DNA of 64,000 bases from an uncultured Acidobacteriota bacterium. Lineage in GTDB: Bacteria; Acidobacteriota; UBA6911. Each line of letters starts with the position of its first letter. Within the stretch, counting starts at the first letter, position 1. Made by a program: the position numbers and the translations under genes. Location: the NCBI GenBank assembly GCA_963809485.1, contig CAWEJX010000004.1, forward strand, positions 320,001-384,000, in the 5' to 3' direction. Under the pieces are notes generated by a model, which saw nothing but the letters and a program-made list of their open reading frames with translations, was not told where the DNA came from and did no database searches. Positions 30,891 through 42,015 of the stretch are shown in pieces.

Positions 30891-33471
30891 TTGGCGTTCC
30901 GCTCTTATACACCCGCACCTTCACGTGATAGGACTGATCCTGCGTATTTGCCACGTAGCCCTCTCCCGAGAAGTAGAGCGTGTTGGGGGTGGGTCCTTGT
31001 CCGCTTGCCCAAGGGTGGCGGGCCACTTCCCCAAAGTGATGCGGCATGGCCACGACATCCGGCCGGATACCCTCGGTGAACGCAACCTTCACCTCAACCC
31101 GGCGAGTCTCTCCGGTGACGGCATTATGGGACTCTACCCATACCCGGTCATTATCCTGGATTTGACGCCGGCGGGCGGTCCCGGGATTTATGCACAGCCG
31201 TTGCTCCGGTGCCAGCTCCGCAAGCAAGGGAATGTGCGATGAACGCGATTCCTTGAATTCCATCATCTTGTAGGTCACAAGGTAAAGGTCATATTCGGGA
31301 GGGGAATTTTCCATGCTGAGTGACCGCCAGACAGGAAAGGCGGTGTAGTCGCGCCAATAGACTTCTTCGACGCCCCTGGCTTGCATCTCCTCCCGATAGC
31401 GCAACAGGGACTCCCCATAGAGCCGGTGGCGGAGTCCTTCAAAAGGCGGCGTCTGGGCAGAGCCGTAGAATCTCTTCGCCGGGATTGGGCCGTGAACCTT
31501 TACTCCCTTCTTCTCAAAATACCCTATTCCCTCCTCAATCCCCCGCGACCTGGCCCAGCGGTCCAGGATCTCTCTGGCCGTGGGCTTGCGATTCAAATCC
31601 AGACTGTACGACTCCCACAAAGCCAGCGCCTTGTTGATCGCATCAAGGTAGCCTCCTTCACCGAACAGGAAGCCTGCCTTATCGCACAGGTCCAGGTAGA
31701 TTTCAATTTCTCCCCGGGACTGGAATAGGGGTTCCATGGGAGGCAGGCGCAGGGTGGTGGCGTCGGTATACTGGTCCGAAACAGACAACGGTCCTTCGAA
31801 CTTTTCTATGGTGGCTGCCGGCAGAACCACATCGGCGAAGTAATCTGCGGTCTTGCTCAGCCAGGGATCGATGGTAATGATGAACTTGAACTTCTTATAG
31901 GACTCCCAGACAGCTTTTTGATCGGGAAACGTCAGCGCTCCATTGTTCATGTGGATAATGAGCACCTCAGGGACGTAGTCCACGCCATACTTTTGAGGGT
32001 TTAGCATAACCCTGGCCACCATCGAGGAGTTGCCGCTGCCGATGGGGAAATACTTGCTGCCCTCAAGTCTGATGTCGGAAGGGGGATCCTTGATCTTCAC
32101 TTCATCCAGAAGCCAGTAGTTCTCATCTACGCCCCAGGGGCCTGGAGCGCCCAGGCGCTGCCCGCCGACCGCCTCCACCGCGCCCAGGAGCATCATGACC
32201 ATAACCATGGCCCTGACTGCCTGGAAGCCCAGCTCCTGTTGGCCTGTCCGGTAGGCCATGATGGCGACTGGACGGTACGGAAGCTCGATGCCGTCCATGA
32301 TGATCCTGCTGCCTATCATGGCGTTTTCGCCCAGATCGCGGCCCAATTTGCGGATAGCGTCGGCCGACAGGCCGCATATATCAGCGGCGACTTCAGGTGT
32401 ATAGCGGGCTATGTGTTCCTGAAAGAGCTGGAAGGCGGGCTTAACCCGGGTCCCGCCCACAGTGAACTCCCCTTCCAGGGCCGGCACTGTCGCTTCGGCG
32501 TCGTATGGCTTTGCTGAGCCGGTGACCTGGTCCCAAACCTGCTCCTTATCTTTCACCCTCAGGAAATAGCCGTCTTCTTTGATCAGGAAAGGGGCGTTGG
32601 TGTATTTCTTGAGGTAGTCGCGGTCTATGGTGCCCTGCGCAATCAGGACGTGGCACAATGCGAGGGCAAGAGCCAGGTCGGTGCCTGGCCGGATGGGCAG
32701 CCACTCATCGGCGAAGGTGCCCGAGCCTCTGAGCCGAGGGTCAATCGCGACTATCTTCATTCCCCGGTCCCTGGCGTCAAGCATTTGCCGGGGCCACGTA
32801 ATCGAGCACAGCCAATTGCCCCCGCCGCCGGTGATATTCCAGCCCCAGGCCATTAGGTACCTGGTATGTCGGAAATCCGCTCCAAGCGCCCCTTGAGAAC
32901 CGACGGTATAACTGACAGCCTTCTGGGCGGCAAAAGAGCATTGCGCGCCCACACATAACATGGTTGCCCCTGAAGCCGACACGAAAGCTTCCCTGTACAG
33001 GGCTGGAGCCTTGTCCCGGCCGTGTTGCCAGACCAGAAGTCTCTTGTCCCTGGCCCGCACCTCCTTTATTTTTTCTCCTGCCAGGGTCAAGGCTTCATCC
33101 CACGATACCTGCCGCCACTGTCCCGGGACTCCCTTCTCATTGGTGCGCACAAGCGGCGCCTTCACGCGGTTGGGATCGTAGACCGCCATTATCTGGGCCA
33201 CGCCCTTGGGGCAGAGAGTGCCCCGGTTTCTTGGATGGTCCGGATGCCCTTCAAACTTGACCACCCGGCCGTCAATACGCCGCGCCAGCATGCCGCAATC
33301 CTGCTTGCCGATCCAGCAGGTGGTGGGGATCCAATCTTCGGCCAGGGCCGGCGCCGCCTCGGTACTTTGGGGTGTCCAGATCTCCATGCCCCGGAAAAGG
33401 ATCCGGCTCGCGGAAAGAGTGCCCACCGTTGCAGCGGCGCCCTTTATGAAGGTTTTCCGGCTGATTTTCAT
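30883..33471 (-). CDS. Molybdopterin (bis-MGD) oxidoreductase catalytic subunit with Tat-like signal
   Basis: SRKTFIK signal; CWIGKQDC...LCPKG; DEWLPIRPGTD; DVVLPAA; C-terminal dinucleotide-binding domain. Confidence 0.9.
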   Translation of the reverse strand: MKISRKTFIKGAAATVGTLSASRILFRGMEIWTPQSTEAAPALAEDWIPTTCWIGKQDCGMLARRIDGRVVKFEGHPDHPRNRGTLCPKGVAQIMAVYDPNRVKAPLVRTNEKGVPGQWRQVSWDEALTLAGEKIKEVRARDKRLLVWQHGRDKAPALYREAFVSASGATMLCVGAQCSFAAQKAVSYTVGSQGALGADFRHTRYLMAWGWNITGGGGNWLCSITWPRQMLDARDRGMKIVAIDPRLRGSGTFADEWLPIRPGTDLALALALCHVLIAQGTIDRDYLKKYTNAPFLIKEDGYFLRVKDKEQVWDQVTGSAKPYDAEATVPALEGEFTVGGTRVKPAFQLFQEHIARYTPEVAADICGLSADAIRKLGRDLGENAMIGSRIIMDGIELPYRPVAIMAYRTGQQELGFQAVRAMVMVMMLLGAVEAVGGQRLGAPGPWGVDENYWLLDEVKIKDPPSDIRLEGSKYFPIGSGNSSMVARVMLNPQKYGVDYVPEVLIIHMNNGALTFPDQKAVWESYKKFKFIITIDPWLSKTADYFADVVLPAATIEKFEGPLSVSDQYTDATTLRLPPMEPLFQSRGEIEIYLDLCDKAGFLFGEGGYLDAINKALALWESYSLDLNRKPTAREILDRWARSRGIEEGIGYFEKKGVKVHGPIPAKRFYGSAQTPPFEGLRHRLYGESLLRYREEMQARGVEEVYWRDYTAFPVWRSLSMENSPPEYDLYLVTYKMMEFKESRSSHIPLLAELAPEQRLCINPGTARRRQIQDNDRVWVESHNAVTGETRRVEVKVAFTEGIRPDVVAMPHHFGEVARHPWASGQGPTPNTLYFSGEGYVANTQDQSYHVKVRVYKSGTPNG

Positions 33472-33610
33472 AGCTGGTTTTGTATGAGCGCCGAAGGCGC
33501 CTTTCTAAATCGGCTTTAGCTTAATGCAACTCTTGAATTTGGCCGCCGGCCACGGGAACCGGCATTTGCGATTGAAGTCCGGCGAACCGCCGGGACGAGT
33601 AGGCTTATCA

Positions 33611-34213
33611 TCATCCCGGTGCCCCGCGTTTGAGCAGAAATCTCACCACGGGTTTGAACTGGAATTCCCCACTGTCGGTCACGATCAGCGACCTGGCAAC
33701 ATCGAAGTCCAGGGTGAGGATGCAGACTCGAGCCATGTCTATGTCGAAGGGCCGGACCTCCTTGAGCCGATTAAGGGCTACCTTGGCAGGCTTTTGCTGC
33801 CCCTTCAGCGTAACCTTCACGGACACAATGTCCAGCTGCAATCGGGTATACAAACCTTCCGCCAGCAGCCTGCCCCCTAAAACCTCCTCGCCCGCCTCGG
33901 ATTTTACAAGGTCAAAGGTCTTCGCTTCCTTGATAACAGTGACCCAGTCCGATCCCTCCTTGGCCTCTGACTTCTGTGCCTGGATATTCCTCACCGTCAC
34001 CTGAATGCTGCTCGCTCCATCGAAAGGCCGGTGCCTGACGCGCAGATGCAGGAGTCCGCTGGCGGCAACCTCCGATAAGGAGGAGGAATCGGCTGAAGGC
34101 ATGGCTGCCGAAGCAGCGGGTTGAGGCAAGGGGCTCGGCGTCGACACAGGCTCCGCGGCATGTGCCGAGATCCAGAGGAAGACCATCATCGGGATGACCA
34201 GAGGCCGGCTCAT
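33611..34213 (-). CDS. Secreted DUF4382-like protein
   Basis: Signal peptide; TFDLV...GLYTRLQL...LTLDFDVARSL...FKPVV pattern. Confidence 0.65.
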   Translation of the reverse strand: MSRPLVIPMMVFLWISAHAAEPVSTPSPLPQPAASAAMPSADSSSLSEVAASGLLHLRVRHRPFDGASSIQVTVRNIQAQKSEAKEGSDWVTVIKEAKTFDLVKSEAGEEVLGGRLLAEGLYTRLQLDIVSVKVTLKGQQKPAKVALNRLKEVRPFDIDMARVCILTLDFDVARSLIVTDSGEFQFKPVVRFLLKRGAPG

Positions 34214-34445
34214 TCTTCAAGCTCCTGCTGCAGCAATTGGCCGATAGGTTTTCGCAACGAGCGCTTCAACACGGCCCACAAGGGTCGCTTCATCAACGGC
34301 CTCATTACTTGACATCGATCTCAGTTGTCCCGGATGTTAACTCCGTGCATCGTTCCAGTCAACGTTGTTCGCTTCCAGCGCCAATCCTTCCGACGCGGCA
34401 CGGATGTCCGCGGTAACCATCTTCCTTAGGGCAGTCCTAAGATTC

Positions 34446-34754
34446 TAGCTAGTTTCTGTCGCGAAACAGGTTTGTGCCGCATAGCGGCACTATGATTTTA
34501 GCCCGGCCTTTCAAGGCCGGGAACCATGGTACAGCGAGCAGCGCGTCGCGTAGCGACGCCTGAGATTCAGCCGTCGCTACGCGACGGAAAACTTAACTCC
34601 TTTAGATCCAGGCCTTAAAAGGCCTGGCTAAATTCAGCTGGCCGCTACGCGGCCTGACTCCAATTATCGGCTTCTATGTAATATCAAATATCCTATTGAC
34701 CGCTGTAAATTTGGCTTTTTCACCAAACCCGAGTTTCGCGACAGAAACTAGCTA
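34446..34754. mobile_element. MITE-like element with 22-bp perfect terminal inverted repeats enclosing REP-like palindromes
   Basis: TAGCTAGTTTCTGTCGCGAAAC (34446-34467) / GTTTCGCGACAGAAACTAGCTA (34733-34754); internal CCCGGCCTTTCAAGGCCGGG, GTCGCGTAGCGAC, GTCGCTACGCGAC, CCAGGCCTTAAAAGGCCTGG. Confidence 0.75.
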
Positions 34755-34890
34755 ACAGCTGCAGACGTTTTTATTTTATAATAGCGAGCTAAAGACTATC
34801 TTAGGATCTCGGATAAGCATTTGAAGCCACAGATCGACCGGTCGCTGTCGTCTCGACGAAGAGGTGATGTGGTTCCAGAGAGGAAGAACT

Positions 34891-37102
34891 ATGCAGGATA
34901 AGGAGAAAATCCCAGGTTGCAGGCTTGGCCGAAGGAACTTTTTAAAGGCCACCGGCGTACTGGGCGCAGCCGCAGCCGGTGCGAGCCTCAAGCCCGGGCC
35001 GCCGAACGCCCGTGCAGTGGATGCGAAGGCCACAGGCGGTGAGGAGATCCGGCGCAGTATTTGTGACATGTGCTGCCTCGGGCGCTGCGGTATTGAAGTC
35101 TTTGTTAAAGACGGCCGGGCTACGCGTGTGCAACCGTTCAAGGATTATCCCAATGGCCCGATTTGCGTCAAAGGGAACTCGATTCTGTTTCAATTGTATC
35201 ATCCGGACCGGCTCAAATATCCCATGAAGCGCACCAGGCCAAAGGGCAGTTCCAGCGCAGGCTGGCAGCGCATCACCTGGGACGAAGCTTTAGGGACTAT
35301 TGCCGGGAAAGTTGCAAAGATCAAACAAAAGTATGGCGCCGAGAAGGTGCTCTTCTATGCGGGCGATCCCAAAGATCCCGTGCGCCCGAATCTGCAACGC
35401 CTGGCGCTTAAATTCGGCTCTCCTAATTACGGTACCGAGAGTTCCGTGTGCCATCGCGCTATCATCGTGGCTCAAAGCCTGAACGGAGCCGCCAGCACCG
35501 GATTAACACCCGCCACGAGGGCAGTGATCATCTGGGCGAACAATTCGGCATGGGCGCAGCCGCGCAGCATGGGAGAAATTTTCAGGGCCAAAGAGAGGGG
35601 AGTCAAAATCATCGATGTCGATCCCAGGCTGGCGCCCACAACGAAGCTGGCGGACATTCACCTGCAACCGCGCCCCGGCACCGACGGCGCGCTGGCATTG
35701 GGCATGTCCCGCGTGATAATCCACGAAAACCTTTATGACAAGGGATTCGTTCTCAACTGGACCGAGGGCTTCCAGGAATTCAACAAGTACGTGCAGCAGT
35801 TTACGCCGGAGAAGGTGGAGAAGATCACCGGCGTTCCGGCAGGCAAGCTGGTCGACGCCGCACGGCTGTATGCCTCGAATAAGCCCACGGGCTGGATAAC
35901 CAGCGCTTCGCCGACTGTTCACCATTGGAACGGATGCCAGAATCACCGAGCCATTTCGGCGATGACGGCCCTTACCGGCGCTGTCCCTGTGCCTGGACTT
36001 GAGCCGTCGGCTCCAGCTCTCTCTTTCCGCGACATCACCGAATCGCGCACGCTGCTTCCACCGCTTCGGAGCAAGCGTGCGGATCTCAAAGATTTCCCCG
36101 TATGGGAGCAGTTCGAGCCGGAGATTCAGATCAACCGTCTGCCCGAATATGTGAAGGACGGCATCCTCCGGGCAGGCTTGTTCGTTGGCTGCAATTACCG
36201 CATGTGGCCGCAGGACCAATTGTATGCCAAAGCCATCAGCTGACATGGAGTTTACGGCGGGTGCCGATTTCTGGCTGACTCCAACCATGGAATTGATGGA
36301 TATCGTCCTTCCAGCGGCAACCTCGCTTGAGAGGCTGGGACCGATCAACATTGCCGGGCGAACCGTTTTCCTGCCTCAGCCAGTTGTGTCGCCTGTCGGC
36401 GAAGCTCGGGGCGACATGGAATGGATGTGGGATCTGGCGAAGCACCTGGGTATGGGAGCCGAGTTCTGGAATGGGAGCGTGATGGATACCGTGGACTGGC
36501 AGCTCGAGCCGCTGGGCCTTAAGGCGGCCGATCTGATCAAAGCGCCGAAGGGCATTGTGATTCCGCCGGCACAAAAGAAGCCAGCCGGGTCTGGAGAGCC
36601 GTCCGCACAGAAGCTGGCGGGCAAGCCCGGCTTCAAGACGCCTTCGGGCAAATTTGAATTCAAATCCTCCATTCTGGAAAAGGCCGGATTCGATGGGTTG
36701 CCCACCTATCGGGAACCGCCGGAAGGTCCAGTCGCGGCACCTCAGACGGCGGAGAAATTTCCCCTCATCTTCAACACGGGATCGCGGGAGCCGATGTTCA
36801 CGCACTCGCGGCATCGGAACAATCCGCGCCTGCGGGAGCTGCAGCCCAATCCCAAACTGGACATTAATCCAAAAGATGCACAGGCGCGCGGGATCAAACA
36901 AGGTGAGGACGTCGTTGTCGAAACTCCGTTGGGACAGATCACGGTCAAGGCAAATATCACAAATCTGGCCCAACCGGGTGTGGTCCACGTATTCCACGGC
37001 TGGCCCCAGGCCGATGTAAACACAATTCTGCCACGGACCTTTGATCCGATAACGGGCTTTCCGGCTTTCAAGTCCCAGCTCTGCCAGGTGAGAAAAGCTT
37101 GA
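34891..37102 (+). CDS. Tat-exported molybdopterin oxidoreductase catalytic subunit, split by a +1 frameshift at ~36238
   Basis: GRRNFLK; CDMCCLGRC...CVKG; ESSVCH; PRPGTD; removing one A gives YAKAIADMEF...DIVLPAA. Confidence 0.85.
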
Positions 37103-37112
37103 GGAGAACGGC

Positions 37113-37673
37113 ATGCAAAAAGGTTTCTATTTAGATACGGAACGGTGTATGGGTTGCCACACCTGCGAAGCTGCGTGCAAGAACTGGAACGGCGTGGAAC
37201 CGAAGGTAACCGACAAGCCTGGCACCCAGGGGCCGAAATGGCGGCGCGTTACCAATATTGAGTCCGGTGCATATCCGAACGCGCAGATCATCAGCGTCTC
37301 CCTCGCTTGTATGCACTGCGGGGAACCCGCCTGCGTGGCTGTGTGCCCGGCCGGCGCGATCAGCAAACGGCCTGAGGATGGCATCGTGGTGGTAGACCAG
37401 AACAAGTGCATCGGCTGCCACTACTGCTTCTTCGCCTGCCCGTTTGGAGTGCCGCAGTATGGTTCTAGTGGAACCATGCAGAAGTGCAACTACTGCCTGG
37501 ACCGCACAGAGAAGGGTCAGGAGCCTGCCTGCGTCGACTCCTGCCCCGCTCAGGCCATCAAGGCAGGAACGATGGAGGAACTGGCGAAGCATACCCAGGA
37601 GAGGTTGGCCAGGAAACTGGCCGGCAGTACCCAGCCTTCGCTGTTGATTTCCAGGGAAGGACTCAGCAAGTAA
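37113..37673 (+). CDS. DmsB-like 4x[4Fe-4S] subunit
   Basis: CMGCHTCEAAC, CMHCGEPACVAVCP, CIGCHYCFFACP, KCNYC...CVDSCP. Confidence 0.92.
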   Translation: MQKGFYLDTERCMGCHTCEAACKNWNGVEPKVTDKPGTQGPKWRRVTNIESGAYPNAQIISVSLACMHCGEPACVAVCPAGAISKRPEDGIVVVDQNKCIGCHYCFFACPFGVPQYGSSGTMQKCNYCLDRTEKGQEPACVDSCPAQAIKAGTMEELAKHTQERLARKLAGSTQPSLLISREGLSK

Positions 37674-37744
37674 GGTATCTGGGCCGTGTTGGCACGGCCC
37701 TACAACGATGCCAGCCGGCGCGGCCCCAATTGACGAGGTCTTAT

Positions 37745-38713
37745 ATGGAAGGATTGCAGACGACCTGGGGATCGATGATAGCGGTCTACCTGTTCCTGGG
37801 CGGCTTGAGCGCAGGATGCTTCATTGCCACGGCGATGATCGCGCTGACTACGGGCGAACGCTTCAAGTCCACAGTACGCTTCGGTGCCTGGGCAAGCACT
37901 ATTGCCATCGTAGTGGGCACCCTGATGCTCCTCATGGAGGTCGGCAAGCCGTTCCGCGCACTGGTGCTGTTCAAAAGCTTCTCCAACATGCAGTCCTGGA
38001 TGGCGATCGGCGCGTGGCTGGTGTTCGGCGCAATTCTGTTCAACGGACTGTTCGCGCTGTTCTGGACGGAATCCGTGCTGAGGTGGGTGGGCGCCCGGGT
38101 GAAGTTCCTGGAAAAAAAGCGCAAGGTGTTCCGCACTATCCTGGCGGCGCCGGGAATCTTCCTGAACCTGGGAGTTGCGTTCTACACGGGCGTGCTGCTG
38201 GGGGTGCTGCCGTTCCGTCCCTTCTGGAATACATGGTGGCTCCCCGCGCTCTTCACGGTATCGGCACTGGACACTGGGATCGGTCTGGTCACTGCGTATG
38301 CTACCCTGCGAGAGCGAAGCGAGGGAGCAGCTCGTCTGAGGAGAATCCTGGAAGTATCTGTCATCACGCTTATCCTCATCGAGGGTGTCGTTCTCGGATA
38401 CTATCTCCACAAGATGCTGAAAGGCTCGGCGGATGCGGCGCGCGCGGCGCAATTGTTGATCAGTGGGGCGGTCAGCCCGGTCTTCTGGATCATTGTTGTG
38501 GGATTGGGGTTGGCAGTGCCGCTCCTGGTGTGTCTCAGCCAACTGAGCGGTTCGCTCAGACGCGCCGCAGTCGTTCTGCCCCTGGTGGCAATTACATCGT
38601 GTCTGCTGGGCGGCTTGGCATTGCGGTTTGTGGTACTCTGGGCCGGTATTCCAGCCTCGCTTTCGAGCCCCTCATGGATGCAGATCTTGACTGGCACACG
38701 GTTCGTACCTTAG
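37745..38713 (+). CDS. NrfD/PsrC-family membrane anchor
   Basis: WGSMIAVYLFLGG, EVGKPFR, SWMAIG, YTGVLL, RPFWN. Confidence 0.9.
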   Translation: MEGLQTTWGSMIAVYLFLGGLSAGCFIATAMIALTTGERFKSTVRFGAWASTIAIVVGTLMLLMEVGKPFRALVLFKSFSNMQSWMAIGAWLVFGAILFNGLFALFWTESVLRWVGARVKFLEKKRKVFRTILAAPGIFLNLGVAFYTGVLLGVLPFRPFWNTWWLPALFTVSALDTGIGLVTAYATLRERSEGAARLRRILEVSVITLILIEGVVLGYYLHKMLKGSADAARAAQLLISGAVSPVFWIIVVGLGLAVPLLVCLSQLSGSLRRAAVVLPLVAITSCLLGGLALRFVVLWAGIPASLSSPSWMQILTGTRFVP

Positions 38714-38879
38714 ATGATGGCGGATTTCGTTCCATGCTTCATGGCAGCAGCGCAAAGAAATTTCTTATATCTGTTCTGTGAAACTGCTCGATTTCGGCTT
38801 GGCAAAGTTTAGGAAAGCGGGCGAATCGTCTGTGGCGGAAGTCACCGGGAGCCCAAGGTGCCAAAGAAAGGAGAGCACT

Positions 38880-39554
38880 ATGCCCAAAAAAGAAGCAAGC
38901 GAAACTGAAGGAGAAGAGCCCCAGGAATCATTCAGCACCATATCGCGTAGGAAGTTCCTAAAAGACGCCGGACTGGTCGCCGGCGGGGCCTCAATGGCGG
39001 GTGCAGCTCCGATCGCGGCCGGAGTTTCGGGACAGACGGGCGCAAAAGCTTCCGCTGTCTCACCGGAGACTGCGGCAACCGGCTCGCATAAAATCAGGCT
39101 GACCGTGAACGGATTGGAATATGACGTTCTGGTCGATCCTGAAGAATCGCTGCGCGACTGCCTGCGGGAGAGGCTCGGATTCCTGTCCATTAAGGACATG
39201 TGTCTGGGCTATGGCGCCTGCGGGTCCTGTACCGTGATCATGGACGGCAGGCCAATTCTATCCTGTCTTGCACTCGCCATCGAGTGCGACGGCAAAAAGA
39301 TACAAACAGCCGAAGGTGTCGCCCTGTCCAAACACCCGCTGATCGAAACCTACGTAATGAACCACTGCATGCAGTGCGGATACTGTACACCAGGCTTTAT
39401 CTGTACCTCCAAAGCCCTGCTGGACAGGAATCCGGATCCGACGGAGGCCGATATACGAGAGGCGCTCGCGGGCAATCTATGCCGCTGCGCAACTTACATT
39501 CGGCATATCCCGGCTGTGCAACAGGCAGCCCGCGCATTGAAGGAGGGTATATAG
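38880..39554 (+). CDS. 2x[2Fe-2S] small subunit of xanthine dehydrogenase family with Tat signal
   Basis: SRRKFLK; [10 protein letters not shown]...C; QCGYCTPG; GNLCRC. Confidence 0.9.
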   Translation: MPKKEASETEGEEPQESFSTISRRKFLKDAGLVAGGASMAGAAPIAAGVSGQTGAKASAVSPETAATGSHKIRLTVNGLEYDVLVDPEESLRDCLRERLGFLSIKDMCLGYGACGSCTVIMDGRPILSCLALAIECDGKKIQTAEGVALSKHPLIETYVMNHCMQCGYCTPGFICTSKALLDRNPDPTEADIREALAGNLCRCATYIRHIPAVQQAARALKEGI

Positions 39555-41911
39555 ATGCCCGTCTATACAACGCTTAATTCATATAATGCCATCGGCAAAA
39601 AGGGAGTGCGCCGCAAGGACGGCTATGAAAAGGCCAGCGGAACCGGCTTATATACAAGAGATGTATACCTGCCCGGCATGCTGTATTCCAAGATGTATCT
39701 TTGCCCACACCCTCACGCCAGGATCAAAAGTCTGGACACCAAAGCGGTCGAAGCCTATCCCGGGGTCAAAGCCGTCTTCAGGTACGATGATAAATGGCTT
39801 AAGGACAACAAGTGGCGGAACTTCACCATGTGGGTGTTCAGCCATCAAACGGAACAGCTGCTGGCCGAGGAAGCCAACTGGGCGGGAGAGCCTGCGGGCT
39901 TTGCGGTCTGCGCCGATACTCCACGGATCTGCGACGAAGCCCTGAAGCTGGCAAAAATAGAATGGGAGATCCTGCCTTTTGAGCTCGACCCGGAGAAGGC
40001 TGTCGCGCCCAACGCCGTCATCCTGCAGCCCCATGTGGATCCAAAAACGAATGTGCGGCACAGCGGAAGCCGGCTGTTCGAGGGATACGAAGTTCATGGC
40101 GACGTGGAAAAGGGTTTTGCCGAATCCGACAAGATCGTCGATTTCAGATGGAGCGAAGACGAGACAACTGTCGCGGGCGTGGAAGCTCTGAGCTGTGTGG
40201 CTGTATTCAGAGGAGAGTACCTCGAGGTATGGGCTCACAACCAGATTCCGATGCGCACGACGAACATCCTCAAACAGTACTTCGGCAATCACCTTCACAT
40301 TCATGTGCATTCTCTCTATCAGGGCGCTCAGTTCGGTCATGAAAACTGGATCGTCTACTACACCTGGTTCCCCATAATGGCATGCATCTTTGCCCAGAGG
40401 ACCAGGAAGCCGGTCAAGCTCCTGTATGACGAGAGCTATTTCCATGCGGGCGGATACGAGCACGGGGTTCACAACTTCAAGGTCGGGTTTAAGAAAGACG
40501 GCACCATCATGGCTGTGCAGGACACGCTCGGTGCGGGCAGGCGCCGAAGTTCACGGCAAGCTATGGGAAGGGACATCCATCCCCAATCTGTTCGGCACCA
40601 CCCAAATTCCATACATCAATCGCCCGGCGGCGATCAATTACAGGCACGGCATGAGATCCTGCGGCGTTGTGGAATAATGTGTTTTTCCGTGTCGCCGCTG
40701 AAACCGGGCTGGACCCGCACGTTGTCGCCATGAAAAACGACGGCTGCCGCGGACTCGCCATGTCCTGGGTGGACGAAAATGTAAAAAAACCCAAGGGATT
40801 CCCGATGGTGAATTCGCTCGAGGCCGTGTTCAAAGCCGGCAAGGAAGCCTTCGGCTGGGAGAAGAAATACCACGCTCCGGGAACCAGAGTGCTGCCGAAC
40901 GGCAAGCTGCACGGAGTAGGCATGGTACACAGCGTTGCATGGTCGCCTGATCCCAACGGTTACTTCCAGGCAAACCAGATGGGCATTAATATCCAGCGGC
41001 AGACTCCCCTGGTGAGGATCCTGGCCCGGCATGCAGACGGCGGCTGGAACCACGAGAGCACCATTTGCCGTGTGGTCGCCGATGAATTGGGCGTGAAGTA
41101 TGAGGACGTCGAGTTCAGGCCTTTCGACGATACCGGGCTGGATACGCCGGCCGGAGAAGGCTCGACCGGCCTTGTGCGCACCCTGCCTATGGCGATCGAC
41201 GCGGCGCGAAAGGTCCGGGCTCTCATCCTGGCGCAGTGCACCACTCCCACCAAATCAGGAATCGAACCTAAAATTGTCGAGGTCCCTGCCCAGTTCCCAG
41301 GCTTAAAGCCTGATGATTTGGACATCAAAGAAGGCATCGTTTTTGAGAAAGCCAGGCCGGAGAACAGAAAAACGCTTCAGCAGGTAGCCAACTATCACTG
41401 GCAAAACTACCAGCCGTTCATCGCCTTCAGCGGCAGGCAAATGTATCATGATGAAGTTTACTACATGGGCAGGCAGGCAACCTGGGTCGAGGTGGAAGTC
41501 GACCCGGAAACCGGCGAAATAGAGATAAAGACAGTCGTCAATTCCAACGATGTCGGCAAGTGTATTGATCCCGAGGGAGTCAACGGCCAGCAGTACGGCG
41601 GGACCTACATGGGATTAAGCCACGGCCGCCAGGACGCCAAAGTCTACGACCCGGCCACCGGTGTCTTGCTCAACGACAACCTGGTTGACTACAAATGGTT
41701 CTCCTTCAACGATATCACCGGACCCATGCACCAGTGCATCGTCGAAAGCGGATTGGGATACGGACCTTATGGAGTCATCGGTATCGGCGAGAGCCTGGGT
41801 GCGGTGACCGCCACACTTCTGGCCGGCGCCGTTTACAGCGCGACCGGCAAATGGATCACGAATTTTCCAATCACGCCGGACAAGGTCCTCAAAGCACTGG
41901 GGAAGATATAA
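39555..41911 (+). CDS. Xanthine dehydrogenase-family Mo-binding large subunit, two +1 frameshifts (~40537, ~40666)
   Basis: IGKKGVRRKDG..KASG...PHARI; EVEVDPETGEI; DVGKCI; GIGE; FPITPDKVL; three consecutive frames. Confidence 0.85.
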
Positions 41912-41961
41912 ATCCTCAAACGGCTTGCGGAACGAAAAGGGCTTAAGACGGCAGGTGATGC

Positions 41962-41995
41962 TGAGTCCCGCCGCCGCGATGGACGGCGGGACTCA
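41962..41995. terminator. Hairpin between convergent genes
   Basis: TGAGTCCCGCCG-N10-CGGCGGGACTCA, perfect 12-bp stem. Confidence 0.6.
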
Positions 41996-42015
41996 ATTGT
42001 TGATGGACGGTTTGA

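Noticed and set aside
30883-33471. Calling the Mo enzyme ArxA, ArrA or PsrA
   Set aside because: FS0 and ligand motifs do not match what I can verify; phylogeny is needed.
34470-34660. CRISPR array
   Set aside because: The repeats are inverted palindromes, not regularly spaced direct repeats; no cas genes.
36241-36243. TGA ending the first half of the Mo enzyme as another Sec codon
   Set aside because: The downstream half is in a different frame; read-through gives unrelated sequence and another stop. A +1 indel explains it.
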